Positions 47,996 through 58,105 of a stretch of 64,000 nt of DNA are shown here, one piece after another. Position numbers and translations under genes: made by a program. The stretch is from IMG/VR virus record IMGVR_UViG_3300045256_000294, positions 64,001 to 128,000 of that record, one strand, 5' to 3'. Source of the DNA: a virus. Below the pieces are notes generated by a model. It was not told the origin of the DNA, did not search any database, and saw only the letters and a list, made by a program, of their open reading frames with translations. Position 1 is the stretch's first letter, and each line of letters begins with the position of its first letter.

Positions 47996-50900
47996 ATGTC
48001 CACTGACCCATTCAGCGATATCGCATTCCAGCAGGAGATCGGACAGCCGACCTTCGCTGAACTCATCTATACAAAAGTGCGAGAGGGCAAATCGTTCCCG
48101 CCCTCCACGGCAACCGTGGAAAACTCGGTCAACCGGCTCGCCTTCGGCAAGCCGGGGCCGTACCGCGATATCGATGCCCAGACCCCGCCGAAGATCGTCA
48201 CTACCCCACCGAACCCAACGCGGCGGCAATACAACTTGTCCGGGACTACTACGCCCCAGACGGCCCAAGCCCTCAAAGCCCAGAAGATCCAGGCTGACTT
48301 CCGCAAGTTAGTCACCAACCCCGGCACGGACGACCAGATTAAAAATCTGATCCGCAAGCAGTCGGGCGACCCGGTCCTCAACGCCCCATTTGACACCGTA
48401 TACGACATCGTCAACCTTGGTGCTCCAATCGGGCTGCCGGTCCCATACGCCGGTTTGGTCTTCTCCGCCAACGATCCCAACGTCATCTGGGCGGGCGGTA
48501 GCGGCAACAACCCCATCGCCGGTGGCCTGTATGCCGTGCCCGTGACACGCGGCTCGGACGGCCACATCACTGCTGTCGGGTCAGCTACCAGGATCATCGA
48601 CGCTCCCAACATTGATGGCGGTGTGGCTTACCACCCCTCTGGTGTTCTGTTTGTGTGTGGTTGGCCCAGCAACACCCTACACCAGTACAAGCCGGGATCG
48701 ACGGCACCAGACAAAACCACCAATTTGAGCTCTCTCGGTGTCCAGAGTTCGGTAGGCAGCATCGGCTTCGTACCAATCGGTTATCCCGGTGCCGGAAATT
48801 GTTACATCGTGACTTGGCCTGCGGGCGCGACCTACCGGCTCGATCTGACTCCCGACGGTAACGGATTGTTCAACGTGGGACCGGCTGCGGCGATGACGGA
48901 CCAGGTTCCTGGTGGCCCGGAAGGATTCGTCTACGTACCTTTGGGTTCGGCGCTGTTCCCGAACCCCAGCATGATGGTAACGGAATATTCAAGAGGGCAA
49001 GTGTCGGCTTATGAGCTTGGCACTGCCGGACAGCCAGACATCTCCACTCGGCGGATCTTTCTGACCGGTCTGGCTAACGCTGAAGGGGCGGCGGTTGACC
49101 CGCTCACCGGCGACTACGTGTTCTCGACATTCGGCGGTTCCAACCTATTCTTCCTGATCCGTGGTGGATTCGTCCCGCCGAACCCCGGCACACCGCCGGC
49201 ATGCAACAAAGTCGTGAACTCGACCTTCGATAATGATATCGCTAGCTGGACCCCAAGTTCTGGGGCAGTGTTCTGGGAATCTGTTAGAGGACGGCTACGG
49301 ATCAACGCTCAGAACGCCTACGCCACGCAGATCATCACCGGGCTGACACCGGGTGCACAGTACACCATCAACTTCAAGGCATTCTTCAGCGGTAACGGAG
49401 TCGGCACTGTCGGCTATTCGACGGTTGGTACCGGCCAGTATCTGTTCAGTGGGAATAACGGGGAACTGAAGAGCTTCACTATCGAAGGCGGCTTTGTGCC
49501 AGCCAATGGCCAAGTCCAGATCGATTTGGTCAACAACGGGTTGAACACCATCGATTTCGATGACGTGTTCCTTTGTCTCGTTGACCCCACCGGCGACGAC
49601 GGCACCACCAACCCGCCATGCAACAAGATCGCCAATGGCTTTTTCGACACTGGCGTCCAGGGTTGGACCGCTGCCGGACCCAGCGATACTTTCCTATGGG
49701 ACGGAGCAAATAGGCGGATGACCATCCTCAACGGACTTACTTACACCGCCATCACAGGACTGACTCCCGGCAAGAAGCTGAATATCTCGCTCAAGGTATA
49801 CTGGCTCAGAATCCCAAGTGCACCACCTGGTTTCAGTCTGCCTCCAGATACCGTTACCTGGGAAGTAGAAACGCAGGTGCGGGCTGATATCGTCAACGGC
49901 CCGCAATTGGCAGCCAAGACCGTCTCTGGCACGCAGAATAGCAATCAGAGTGTAGTCTATGACGTCCAGGTCACGGTGCCCCCAAGTGGTATCATCTACT
50001 TCTGGGTCTGGAACAAGAACTACAGCGAACAGGTCCCCAATAGCCCCAATGTCCAGATGTTCTTGTCCCCAATCCAGGTGGACAACATCATTATCTGCGA
50101 AGTTGAAGACACCGAGGGGGCTTGCACTGACCCGATCACCGGAGTACGGACCCTAGTCCAGTGGAACGGCATCCCCAGGCAGCCACTCAACGTCTTCAAC
50201 ATATTGTTGCGGTTGGTCTATCGGAACATTAACGATCCATTCTCCAAGATCACTAGTGAAGTTCTTGCCGTCGCCGATGGACGGCTAGGAACCGTCACGC
50301 CCGCAAGCTGCTCAACCGGCAACACTGCCGACTTCTGGAAGCAGGACGGCGATAACACCGGCCAGCCCCAATCGCTCATCACCGCACAAGGACTTCAGGG
50401 GATCACCTCCAGCATCACGGCCGGGCAGTTCGCCAGTGTAGCCGACCGCGAGAACTTCTTGTGGTCGATCCCCGGCAACACCGGCGGGACCCTGCAGGAT
50501 GCTCTGGTGTCGCTCTTCGACGACCCGACTCCGCCAGCTAATCACGTGCTGGAGTCGGTCGAGATCCTAGCTCTGATGCAGGTCCTGAACCAGACCGGCT
50601 TATCTGGTGTCTCGGAAATTCTGGATGTGACGGGATCTGCGGCTGTGCCCGGTGAGCAGTCACTGATCTCGGTGCCACTGATCCCCGGTGGATCGCCGCC
50701 AACCGGGGACCCGCAGCTAGACACCAATGGGTTTACCTCGTATTGGCGGTCATCGCCAACCCCAATCAGCATCCCAAGTCCACCGGGGCAGCATTACGTC
50801 ACGCTGGGAGCAATCGACCTACCACTGTCGTTGCCCACAACCCAGCCACCATATGCCAACTTCTCGGTGCCGGCTAGTAGCCTCTGGCTCCGGCACTATT

Positions 50901-53713
50901 ACGCCACTAATACCAATAACACTGCATTCCTGCAGGCGTCACTCTTCGTCAATGGCAACCTGATCGGCAGCAGCAATGTGCAACTACCTGCTGGTATCCC
51001 GCCAAACGATGAGAGCTTTGAGGCCACCAACGGCAATATCTTCGGTGCACTGCCGACTGTGGCCGCTCCGATCACCAGCATCGTGATGCGGTTCCGGGTC
51101 ATTGTGAGCATCTCAGACGAGTCGGGTGGCATCCCCAGAATTGATCTCGCTATCCGGCAACTGGCCCTGGTCAGCATTGGTAGTCTCACTGGTGACTCGA
51201 CCTGTCCCGGCCCATTCCAAATCAGCCCCGATCCCGGCTTTAGTCTGGATCTGGTGTTGCGGTACGTCAACAACAGCAATCAGGCCCGCGAATTCCGCAA
51301 AACCTTCTTGCTGACCGCACTACACCAAGTGAGTGTCGGGTTCCCGACCTCACCGAAGTGGGACGCCCAGACCGCAACTGGTGGCGGCATCTTGGGGTCT
51401 ATAGCCCGCTGGGAATCGGCCAAGTTCGTACTTGATGCCGTGGATGGCAGCGGGTTGGATCAGTGCACAACCCCGTTGGAGTTCGTGACGACCGGTACCG
51501 GCCGGTTCAATTTCAACAAGTTCAGGCTCCGGGGTCGCGGTTCGGCGATCGCCGCCTGCGATGCCAAGCTCGTGGTGACCGAAATCAACAAAGGCGTGGC
51601 CGTCAACGAAATCCAGTCAATCATTCTGCCCAATCCATCGGGTGGACACTGGGCCTTGACGTTCAATTTCGCTGGCACCACTGCAACCACCACCAACATC
51701 CCGTGGGATGCTACCGCAGTACAAGTCCGCAACAAGCTCGAAGCTCTGTCGAACATCGGTGCGGGGAATGTCGAGGTCACTGGCAAAGGCACACCGGACG
51801 TGCCGTTCAACATCAAGTTCATCGGCACCATGGGCGGTCGTGACCTCCGACCGCTCGTGGCTGATGGTAGCGGCCTGACAGGGGCTTCCACTGCCTTCGC
51901 TATTAAGGTGAGTACCGGTACCCGGAACGAACGGCAAACTATCACCAAGACCGCCGGGGTGAACTCGGGTCTGCTAGTAACCTTCAGCGGCATCCAATCT
52001 CAGCCAATCGCCTTCAACTCATCCCTGAACGAGATGCAGGCGATCTTAGAAGGGATCTCGACCATCGGGCCGGGCAACGTACTGGTCACCGGGGCCACAA
52101 CCAATCGGGACGCCGACTACCAAGGCCCCTGGTACGTTGATTTCGTTGGTGCACTGGCAGGCCAAAACGTCCCCACTTTCAACGTCCAGACGACCGGCTA
52201 CTCGGCTTCTACCAACTGGCAGGGCGGAACCGGTATCAACGACGTACAGAAGATCATCGTTTCGGCCGTGGCTGGCTCCTTCAAGCTGGTTGTAACCAAG
52301 CCTGGGGCGATCCCTGATGTGACTGGCTTCAACGCCCAGACCTCTAGCTTCGTCGGTGGAGTCAGGATCACTTGGACACCTAATCTTACTCCTGGTTTAA
52401 ACATCACGATCGATGATTCAGCGGATGGCGTTACCTGGAATCTCAACACCAGATCTGTAGGAGCCAGCGTCAGTGAGGTCAACTATACTGCCCTGCCAAC
52501 GGGTCAGCAGCGGCTCTTCAGGGCTCGGTTCACGGATGGCACGAATTTCTCGGCGAACTACGCCACCGATGACGCTATTGCTGGAGATGGTTCCACTCCG
52601 GCTCCTCCGCCGCCCGCTCCGCCGGCTCCTCCGCCGCCCGCTCCGCCGGCTGCCGGTAGCAGCACTACTGACCCGATCGACGTAAACGCCGAGGCTCAGC
52701 AGATCAAGCAGAAGATTCTGGCGGTAGCTGGTTGGTTGGATGGGAATGATCTGGTGGTGACCAGACTCCCAGATACCCCAGGTGCACCTGATCTCAACCA
52801 GTGGACCATCGAGTTCACTGGCGATTGGGCCAAGCAGAACATCCCACTGGTGGGCGTCCAAGATGTCAACCTGCGGGGTGCCAGTGTGATCGTCCGCGAA
52901 ACGTCCAAGGGTTCAGGCTCCGGCGAGCGGCAGAAGATCAATATGTTCAAGGCGGCGGGTGGCACCTACCGGCTCAAGGTGACCGTTAACGGCGTAACCG
53001 GAACCACCGTGCTCATACCGTGGGATGCGTCGGCTGAGAGCGTGCAGTTGGCTCTCCAGGCCCTACCGCTCTTCCCGTTGCCAGACGACATCAGCGTGAA
53101 GGACGCCGAGATCCGTGAGCCGGATGTTGTGAACTCCTTCATTGTGAGCTTCAACCGTCGTTTCGGTGACGTGCCACTCATCGAGACGGTCAACAATCTG
53201 CAGTGCAACCCACTGACTCTGTCGGCAGTTGGCCCACCACCATACGATTACAAGCTACCGGAATGTGACGAGGAGATCGAGAATCTCTTCTGCTCGCCTG
53301 GGGCACTGCTATGCCGCCCTGGGGAAGGTGACCCAGAGGTCCCGGAGGAGACCTGCTGCGATCCTATTACCATCCGTGATTCGGCCAATTACTACCGTGA
53401 GGTGGTACTGCAGCGTGATCTGTTCGATCCGAATTCGCACACGACATCAGGGAAAGCTCTGACCATCAAGGATATGGCGGTTCTCAAGGGTCTACGGCCG
53501 TCACAATATAACGCTTACCTGCGTGATTTCTATACTGGTATCCTGCGGCCGGTGGATATGACGACTGCTGTCGATACCAAGATGAGTGTACTCCTGGTCG
53601 GTGTGGACATCGACACCAAAGCTACTAGGGAGAGGTTGAGTCGCGAACTAAAGCGGCGGCCGGGCGTCCTGCCGTCGCGGATGGTCTGGTCCAATCCAGC
53701 ACTACAGGGGTAA
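47996..53713 (+). CDS. very large beta-rich virion / tail-fibre-like protein
   Basis: Propeller-like N-region, two CNK..N..FD.....W jelly-roll-like modules, four NE/DxQ...G...L.F...T..I..(D/N)A....Q..LE.L repeats, an FN3-like segment and a Pro-rich linker. Confidence 0.75.
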   Translation: MSTDPFSDIAFQQEIGQPTFAELIYTKVREGKSFPPSTATVENSVNRLAFGKPGPYRDIDAQTPPKIVTTPPNPTRRQYNLSGTTTPQTAQALKAQKIQADFRKLVTNPGTDDQIKNLIRKQSGDPVLNAPFDTVYDIVNLGAPIGLPVPYAGLVFSANDPNVIWAGGSGNNPIAGGLYAVPVTRGSDGHITAVGSATRIIDAPNIDGGVAYHPSGVLFVCGWPSNTLHQYKPGSTAPDKTTNLSSLGVQSSVGSIGFVPIGYPGAGNCYIVTWPAGATYRLDLTPDGNGLFNVGPAAAMTDQVPGGPEGFVYVPLGSALFPNPSMMVTEYSRGQVSAYELGTAGQPDISTRRIFLTGLANAEGAAVDPLTGDYVFSTFGGSNLFFLIRGGFVPPNPGTPPACNKVVNSTFDNDIASWTPSSGAVFWESVRGRLRINAQNAYATQIITGLTPGAQYTINFKAFFSGNGVGTVGYSTVGTGQYLFSGNNGELKSFTIEGGFVPANGQVQIDLVNNGLNTIDFDDVFLCLVDPTGDDGTTNPPCNKIANGFFDTGVQGWTAAGPSDTFLWDGANRRMTILNGLTYTAITGLTPGKKLNISLKVYWLRIPSAPPGFSLPPDTVTWEVETQVRADIVNGPQLAAKTVSGTQNSNQSVVYDVQVTVPPSGIIYFWVWNKNYSEQVPNSPNVQMFLSPIQVDNIIICEVEDTEGACTDPITGVRTLVQWNGIPRQPLNVFNILLRLVYRNINDPFSKITSEVLAVADGRLGTVTPASCSTGNTADFWKQDGDNTGQPQSLITAQGLQGITSSITAGQFASVADRENFLWSIPGNTGGTLQDALVSLFDDPTPPANHVLESVEILALMQVLNQTGLSGVSEILDVTGSAAVPGEQSLISVPLIPGGSPPTGDPQLDTNGFTSYWRSSPTPISIPSPPGQHYVTLGAIDLPLSLPTTQPPYANFSVPASSLWLRHYYATNTNNTAFLQASLFVNGNLIGSSNVQLPAGIPPNDESFEATNGNIFGALPTVAAPITSIVMRFRVIVSISDESGGIPRIDLAIRQLALVSIGSLTGDSTCPGPFQISPDPGFSLDLVLRYVNNSNQAREFRKTFLLTALHQVSVGFPTSPKWDAQTATGGGILGSIARWESAKFVLDAVDGSGLDQCTTPLEFVTTGTGRFNFNKFRLRGRGSAIAACDAKLVVTEINKGVAVNEIQSIILPNPSGGHWALTFNFAGTTATTTNIPWDATAVQVRNKLEALSNIGAGNVEVTGKGTPDVPFNIKFIGTMGGRDLRPLVADGSGLTGASTAFAIKVSTGTRNERQTITKTAGVNSGLLVTFSGIQSQPIAFNSSLNEMQAILEGISTIGPGNVLVTGATTNRDADYQGPWYVDFVGALAGQNVPTFNVQTTGYSASTNWQGGTGINDVQKIIVSAVAGSFKLVVTKPGAIPDVTGFNAQTSSFVGGVRITWTPNLTPGLNITIDDSADGVTWNLNTRSVGASVSEVNYTALPTGQQRLFRARFTDGTNFSANYATDDAIAGDGSTPAPPPPAPPAPPPPAPPAAGSSTTDPIDVNAEAQQIKQKILAVAGWLDGNDLVVTRLPDTPGAPDLNQWTIEFTGDWAKQNIPLVGVQDVNLRGASVIVRETSKGSGSGERQKINMFKAAGGTYRLKVTVNGVTGTTVLIPWDASAESVQLALQALPLFPLPDDISVKDAEIREPDVVNSFIVSFNRRFGDVPLIETVNNLQCNPLTLSAVGPPPYDYKLPECDEEIENLFCSPGALLCRPGEGDPEVPEETCCDPITIRDSANYYREVVLQRDLFDPNSHTTSGKALTIKDMAVLKGLRPSQYNAYLRDFYTGILRPVDMTTAVDTKMSVLLVGVDIDTKATRERLSRELKRRPGVLPSRMVWSNPALQG
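52598..52645 (+). repeat. exact 24-bp tandem duplication encoding a Pro-rich linker
   Basis: ccggctcctccgccgcccgctccg x2, encoding PAPPPPAP x2. Confidence 0.9.
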
Positions 53714-53793
53714 TACAGTGCGACCATAATGGTGTCTGGTATAACGATTCTGACCTCGTATCCTGAACAAAATCAGAAACCAGGGGTCTAAAA

Positions 53794-54084
53794 ATGTCAA
53801 TGTCTGATATCAGAATCCATCGGGACGTCCCTTCGATCGACGGCTTCTTGCAGGTGCCGCCGAATAAGGAGAGGAACAAGAACAAGGGTCAGCGGATCGA
53901 TAACACAATCAACCTCACACCGCCGCTGGGGACCATAGTGCGGCTGACCGGCGGTTCGGGCCGGCAACGTGGGTCCAAGACCGGGGCCCAGGAGTTCTTC
54001 CGGCTCGACGGCATCCGTCCGGACCAGTGGTACGGCACAGATGGTGTGGACCCGATGGATAGCCTGCGTACAGATGAAGATTAA
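53794..54084 (+). CDS. hypothetical protein
   Basis: 96-aa ORF followed by a hairpin. Confidence 0.6.
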   Translation: MSMSDIRIHRDVPSIDGFLQVPPNKERNKNKGQRIDNTINLTPPLGTIVRLTGGSGRQRGSKTGAQEFFRLDGIRPDQWYGTDGVDPMDSLRTDED

Positions 54085-54113
54085 GCCATATTGCGGCTAG
54101 ATGGTAGAAGCGA

Positions 54114-54143
54114 GTGACCGGCGGCTGCTGCCCCGCCGGTCAC
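54114..54143 (+). terminator. perfect 11-bp hairpin
   Basis: gtgaccggcgg...ccgccggtcac directly after the 53794-54084 gene. Confidence 0.5.
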
Positions 54144-54177
54144 CCTTATATAACCAACCTCGTGGAGGAGGAAGGTC

Positions 54178-54711
54178 ATGTCTGCTTGTAAGTACGGGGG
54201 CTGTTCTATCTGCTGATCGACGCACTTGCGATGAGTGCAAAACCGCAAGGCATTAAAACGTAGGAGCTATGCCCGACGCTCCGAGAAAATCCGTGAACAC
54301 AATCGCACCTACGAACGAGAAGACGGCCACCTATCGGCACAATCTCCGAACGTACTTTTGCTACGTCATCCAGAATGTCAAGGCGAAAAGAGACAAACAC
54401 CGCAATCCGAATCGATCGACGAAAGAGTTTGCTGTCGATATCATTTTGTGGTCGATTTGTGGCATCAACAACGTGGACGGTGTGCGATTACTGGAATGGA
54501 AATGCTCCATCGGCCGGACGATTTATGCAGTGCTAGCATTGACAGACGGGACAACTCGCGGGGCTATTTTCCGGACAACGTACATCTTGTGTGTCGGTGG
54601 GTTAATCTAGCTCGCGGTAAATTCACGTTAGACGAATTCACAAAGGTCTTGGATGGACTACGCCATCAATTCACCACTCGACCCGAACAAACCGTTCTGT
54701 CTCTATGCTAA
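54178..54711 (+). pseudogene. frameshifted His-Me finger homing endonuclease
   Basis: C-terminal GRCAITG...ASIDRRDNSRGYFPDNVHLVCRWVNLAR. The upstream protein-like segment (RTYFCYVIQNVKAKR...KEFAVD) is in another frame. Confidence 0.65.
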
Positions 54712-55318
54712 CTGCGAAGTTTTATATGAGGGCCGAGCATCTTCGACTCTTGAACGTGGCAATTACCTCGTCGTCTACAAGAATGACCGTAGTGTCTCCA
54801 TCCACGGAGCTACTATCGTCATGCCACGCAACTATATGAGGGCTGGCAGCAAACTCCGCGAAGTGGGCAACCAGATCCTTTTCCAAAGGAAGGGCGAGAC
54901 AGTCTGCATTAAGATCAACCACATTCACTTCCTAAACTACCTCGACGATTGGTCAGAATCGAAGATCGTGATTTGTCGTACAGAGAAGGAATTAGCCAAG
55001 AAGATCTTCGATAACTGGTCTGATCTGTTCGACGACAACTTCGAGATCGTCGAGATGGAGTTCGGCACCGATCTGGGGCCTATCGATCTAGCTGGTTTCA
55101 CTCCTACGGCTGACTATATTGTGGAAGTCAAACGGAAGAGGGCTAGTCTTAAGGACGTAACCCAACTACGTCGCTATGTCGAAGCCATGGAACACCGTGG
55201 CCGTCCGTGCCGTGCTTTCCTGGCCGCACCTGAGATTGCGAAGAATGCTATGAAGTATTTGGAGAAGCATAATCTACAGTTCCTTGAAGTGAATTTCGAC
55301 GGGCAGCGGGAGGGGTAA
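54653..55318 (+). CDS. nucS: endonuclease NucS/EndoMS
   Basis: ANCEVLYEGRASSTL...VYKNDRSVSIH...PRNY, then EKEL, GPIDL, VEVKR, VTQLRRY and LAAPEI. Confidence 0.9.
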   Translation: MDYAINSPLDPNKPFCLYANCEVLYEGRASSTLERGNYLVVYKNDRSVSIHGATIVMPRNYMRAGSKLREVGNQILFQRKGETVCIKINHIHFLNYLDDWSESKIVICRTEKELAKKIFDNWSDLFDDNFEIVEMEFGTDLGPIDLAGFTPTADYIVEVKRKRASLKDVTQLRRYVEAMEHRGRPCRAFLAAPEIAKNAMKYLEKHNLQFLEVNFDGQREG

Positions 55319-55346
55319 GCCCCTTCACACGTTCTTCTTGAAAGCT

Positions 55347-56606
55347 TCACGAGGTGCCTCCGCCAGTGGCCAGCTTCGGATTAAGAGCGTAGACGATTTG
55401 GAGGACTTTCTGTTGGGCTGCCTGGAGCTTAGTCGCCAGATCCGGTGGAGCTTTTCCGCTCTTAGAAATGGCCATCAGTTTCTTCCACGTCGCCAGGGAC
55501 GTTGCCATGTCCTGGTAGGTCAGTCCAGCCACCTGCAGACGGTTATTGATTTCAGAAGTGAGCCAGTCAGTCATGTACCGTACGGCAAGCTTGGCCGCAC
55601 GTTCGTTGTAGCTCTTCAACTCCGAATTCTGATTCTGCATCTGGGCGTGGCCTGGATTGGCGATCGCTGTACGCAGGTTGCTGAAAAAGTCCCTGAACCC
55701 TTCTTCCACCGGCCGCTGTTCGAAGCCACGGACGAACCTCTTGAGCCAGTTGACTTCCTGGACGGGGGTAGTGCTGGCGTAGCCCAGACGCCGCATCAGG
55801 TTCGAGGCGACGAACTTCAAGTTGGACTTGACATCTCCTTCGTTCAGGAGGGCCACGGCAAGGGCGTTGAAGACGTCTTCCGTGGCCGGGACCGGTGCTG
55901 GGGCGGTCCCGCCCTGCTTAGCCGCACGCTGGGCACGGAGAGCGTCTATCTTGCCCTGCAACTCACGGATGCGGGCCATCGACGCTTCGCGGGCGGCGGC
56001 GTTCCTGGTCAGCATGTCCTGGAGTTCGGCCTGATTCCTCTGGACGGCCTGCCCCTGGGACTGTGGTTGGGCCAGGAGAGCCGGGTCCATCTGTTGAGTA
56101 CCGGTAGCAGCACCTTGGGCCGGAGTTCCGGGGGCGGCTTGCTGTGCTTGTGCCGCGGGGCCCTGTCGCGTCTGTTGGTACGCCTGCTGCTGGCCGGGTG
56201 GTTGGCCCGCCCCCTGAACCGTTTTAGCCTGGATCTGCTGTTGGACGCTGGGGTCTTGCAGGTTGAAGATGGTGAACAATTCCTGCCACCAGTTCTGGTC
56301 CTGCTGGAGTGGAGTCTGGAGTTGCCCGGCCTTGGTGATAGACTCCTTGACTTTGGCGATACCACCCTTGTTGTTGGCGACGAACCAAAGCATTGTTTCA
56401 AGGTCGGTGGATGGTCCGGGCGTCATGAAGTTCTGTAGCCGGCCGATGGCCGCGTTGACCATACCGTTGAGTCGGTTGGCCCCAGCCTCAGACAACACGC
56501 CGCTGCCCACTACCGATTCAACGAATAGATAGGAGGCTGGCAAAGCCCCAAACCGGTGACGGCTCAAGGGATGCCCAGCGTCGTGTACAAGATTGCTGAG
56601 TTTCAT
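55347..56606 (-). CDS. Gln/Ala-rich protein with an MKLSNL N-terminus, putative internal virion protein
   Basis: 419-aa ORF with low-complexity QA tracts, an EEGFRDFFSNL motif and AAAGATA just upstream. Confidence 0.7.
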   Translation of the reverse strand: MKLSNLVHDAGHPLSRHRFGALPASYLFVESVVGSGVLSEAGANRLNGMVNAAIGRLQNFMTPGPSTDLETMLWFVANNKGGIAKVKESITKAGQLQTPLQQDQNWWQELFTIFNLQDPSVQQQIQAKTVQGAGQPPGQQQAYQQTRQGPAAQAQQAAPGTPAQGAATGTQQMDPALLAQPQSQGQAVQRNQAELQDMLTRNAAAREASMARIRELQGKIDALRAQRAAKQGGTAPAPVPATEDVFNALAVALLNEGDVKSNLKFVASNLMRRLGYASTTPVQEVNWLKRFVRGFEQRPVEEGFRDFFSNLRTAIANPGHAQMQNQNSELKSYNERAAKLAVRYMTDWLTSEINNRLQVAGLTYQDMATSLATWKKLMAISKSGKAPPDLATKLQAAQQKVLQIVYALNPKLATGGGTS

Positions 56607-56626
56607 ACTTCTATCTTTGCGAGATA

Positions 56627-57073
56627 GTGATGCAGATCCCGTTCCTCGTTCTGAGCTATGGAGACTTCGCTAAGTCCAAAAAGCTGTTCAGCTACGAACG
56701 GGACGGCGTACACACCCTACCCATCTTCACTGATGCTTCTCGTGCTATCAAATTTGCGGAATCGATGACACAGACTCTCCGCCGGCAATTCAAAGACAAG
56801 CGGACTTTGAGTACTCAACTCTGTAATGACCCAAAGCGGGCTCTGCAGATGTTCGAGACAATTACCGCCTACTGCCCAGATCTGATGCGGGTGATTATAG
56901 ATCCACATCCGCCGGTCCGAGACGATGAAGCTCTCACCGACCTGGAGAATCTCTCCTGGGTCGAGAATTTCCAGGATATCGATGACGTCCTGGAACAACT
57001 TCAGGATTGGGTGTCTGCCGACAAGGAGGCAGACTCTATCACAAAAGGCGAGCCGGAATCGAACGGCACGTAG
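56627..57073 (+). CDS. hypothetical protein
   Basis: 148-aa ORF containing LPIFTD. Confidence 0.65.
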   Translation: MMQIPFLVLSYGDFAKSKKLFSYERDGVHTLPIFTDASRAIKFAESMTQTLRRQFKDKRTLSTQLCNDPKRALQMFETITAYCPDLMRVIIDPHPPVRDDEALTDLENLSWVENFQDIDDVLEQLQDWVSADKEADSITKGEPESNGT

Positions 57074-57308
57074 CCTTCCGTCTCCTCGTAGTAAACCGGG
57101 GCTTTCTTTACCGGCTTGGCAGTCGGGGCTGGGGCCTCGTCTGTCGGGGGATCATCTAGTGGGATCTCTTCTTCCATTGGGAACCTCCTCGCATTATCTT
57201 TCGAGGGCGGTGGTGTGGGTTACCTAATGACTGCTCGTGGGATAAATAGCTACGGCGACTACCAGTCATACCTATTGGTCCGCCGCAAGCCCTCCACGCT
57301 ACGCTACT

Positions 57309-57710
57309 ATGTCGGAGAAGTTCATGCCTATTAACAACAAGGCGGTATCCTCCTGGGTCCGCCAAGCTCGCTACAGGGCCAAAAGGTATTCAATCCACAG
57401 CGACCTGGATGTCAGCGATGTGCAGGCGATCCTGAAAGCGTCCGACGGGGCTTGCCGATATTGTGGAAAGGAGGGCCAGACATTGGACTGCCCTTTTCCA
57501 CTGAAAACCGGTGGTCCGAACGTCCCCGCCAACGTGGTCCCCTGCTGCAAGAAGTGCAAGTCCGCAAAGAACAACAACGATGTAGTGTGGATGTTCTCGT
57601 CTGGCCTCCTGACCGAGGTCCAGTACATGGCCATACTACAGGAATTGTTTCAACGTCGTGGGGGTGATAAAATCAAGGAGCACGTCCGCCGGGCGACTGG
57701 CATGGAGTGA
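57309..57710 (+). CDS. HNH-like zinc-binding protein, probably catalytically degenerate
   Basis: CRYCG...TLDCPFPLKTGGPNVPANVVPCCKKCKSAK; the expected DH is DC. Confidence 0.75.
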   Translation: MSEKFMPINNKAVSSWVRQARYRAKRYSIHSDLDVSDVQAILKASDGACRYCGKEGQTLDCPFPLKTGGPNVPANVVPCCKKCKSAKNNNDVVWMFSSGLLTEVQYMAILQELFQRRGGDKIKEHVRRATGME

Positions 57711-57964
57711 TTATGGCGAAGGCCCCATACCCTGGATATAGTCCAACATTTCAGGCGGTGGACAAGACCGGCGGGTACGACCGCACCTGCATTGTAGTAG
57801 AATTGTTGTCGGACGGGCGGCTGGATGCCACCCAGCTTGCCTATGTCCAGGAGCAGTTAGAGGTGACTCTGGCTAGGGTACTCCCATCTGTCATCGAGAA
57901 GTCTCAAGTAATTACGCCCGACCGTTTCGACCCGATGCTCCGTGAAGGTCTGCGTGTTTCTTGA
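57707..57964 (+). CDS. hypothetical protein
   Basis: 85-aa ORF overlapping the upstream stop. Confidence 0.55.
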   Translation: MIMAKAPYPGYSPTFQAVDKTGGYDRTCIVVELLSDGRLDATQLAYVQEQLEVTLARVLPSVIEKSQVITPDRFDPMLREGLRVS

Positions 57965-58105
57965 GAAAGTGAGAGTGTTCGAGAGCTCTTCACAAGTATT
58001 TAAATGCTCGGCGGATTCCATTCTGGAGTTTACCGAAGCCTGTCGCTGTGCCACACAGGGGGTAGCATGACCGACGACGATCTTCCTGAAGGTGGAGACA
58101 ACGAC

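Noticed and set aside
57001-57177. 58-aa acidic minus-strand ORF with a strong GAGGAGG Shine-Dalgarno
   Set aside because: Plausible, but it overlaps a convergent gene and has no recognisable motif.
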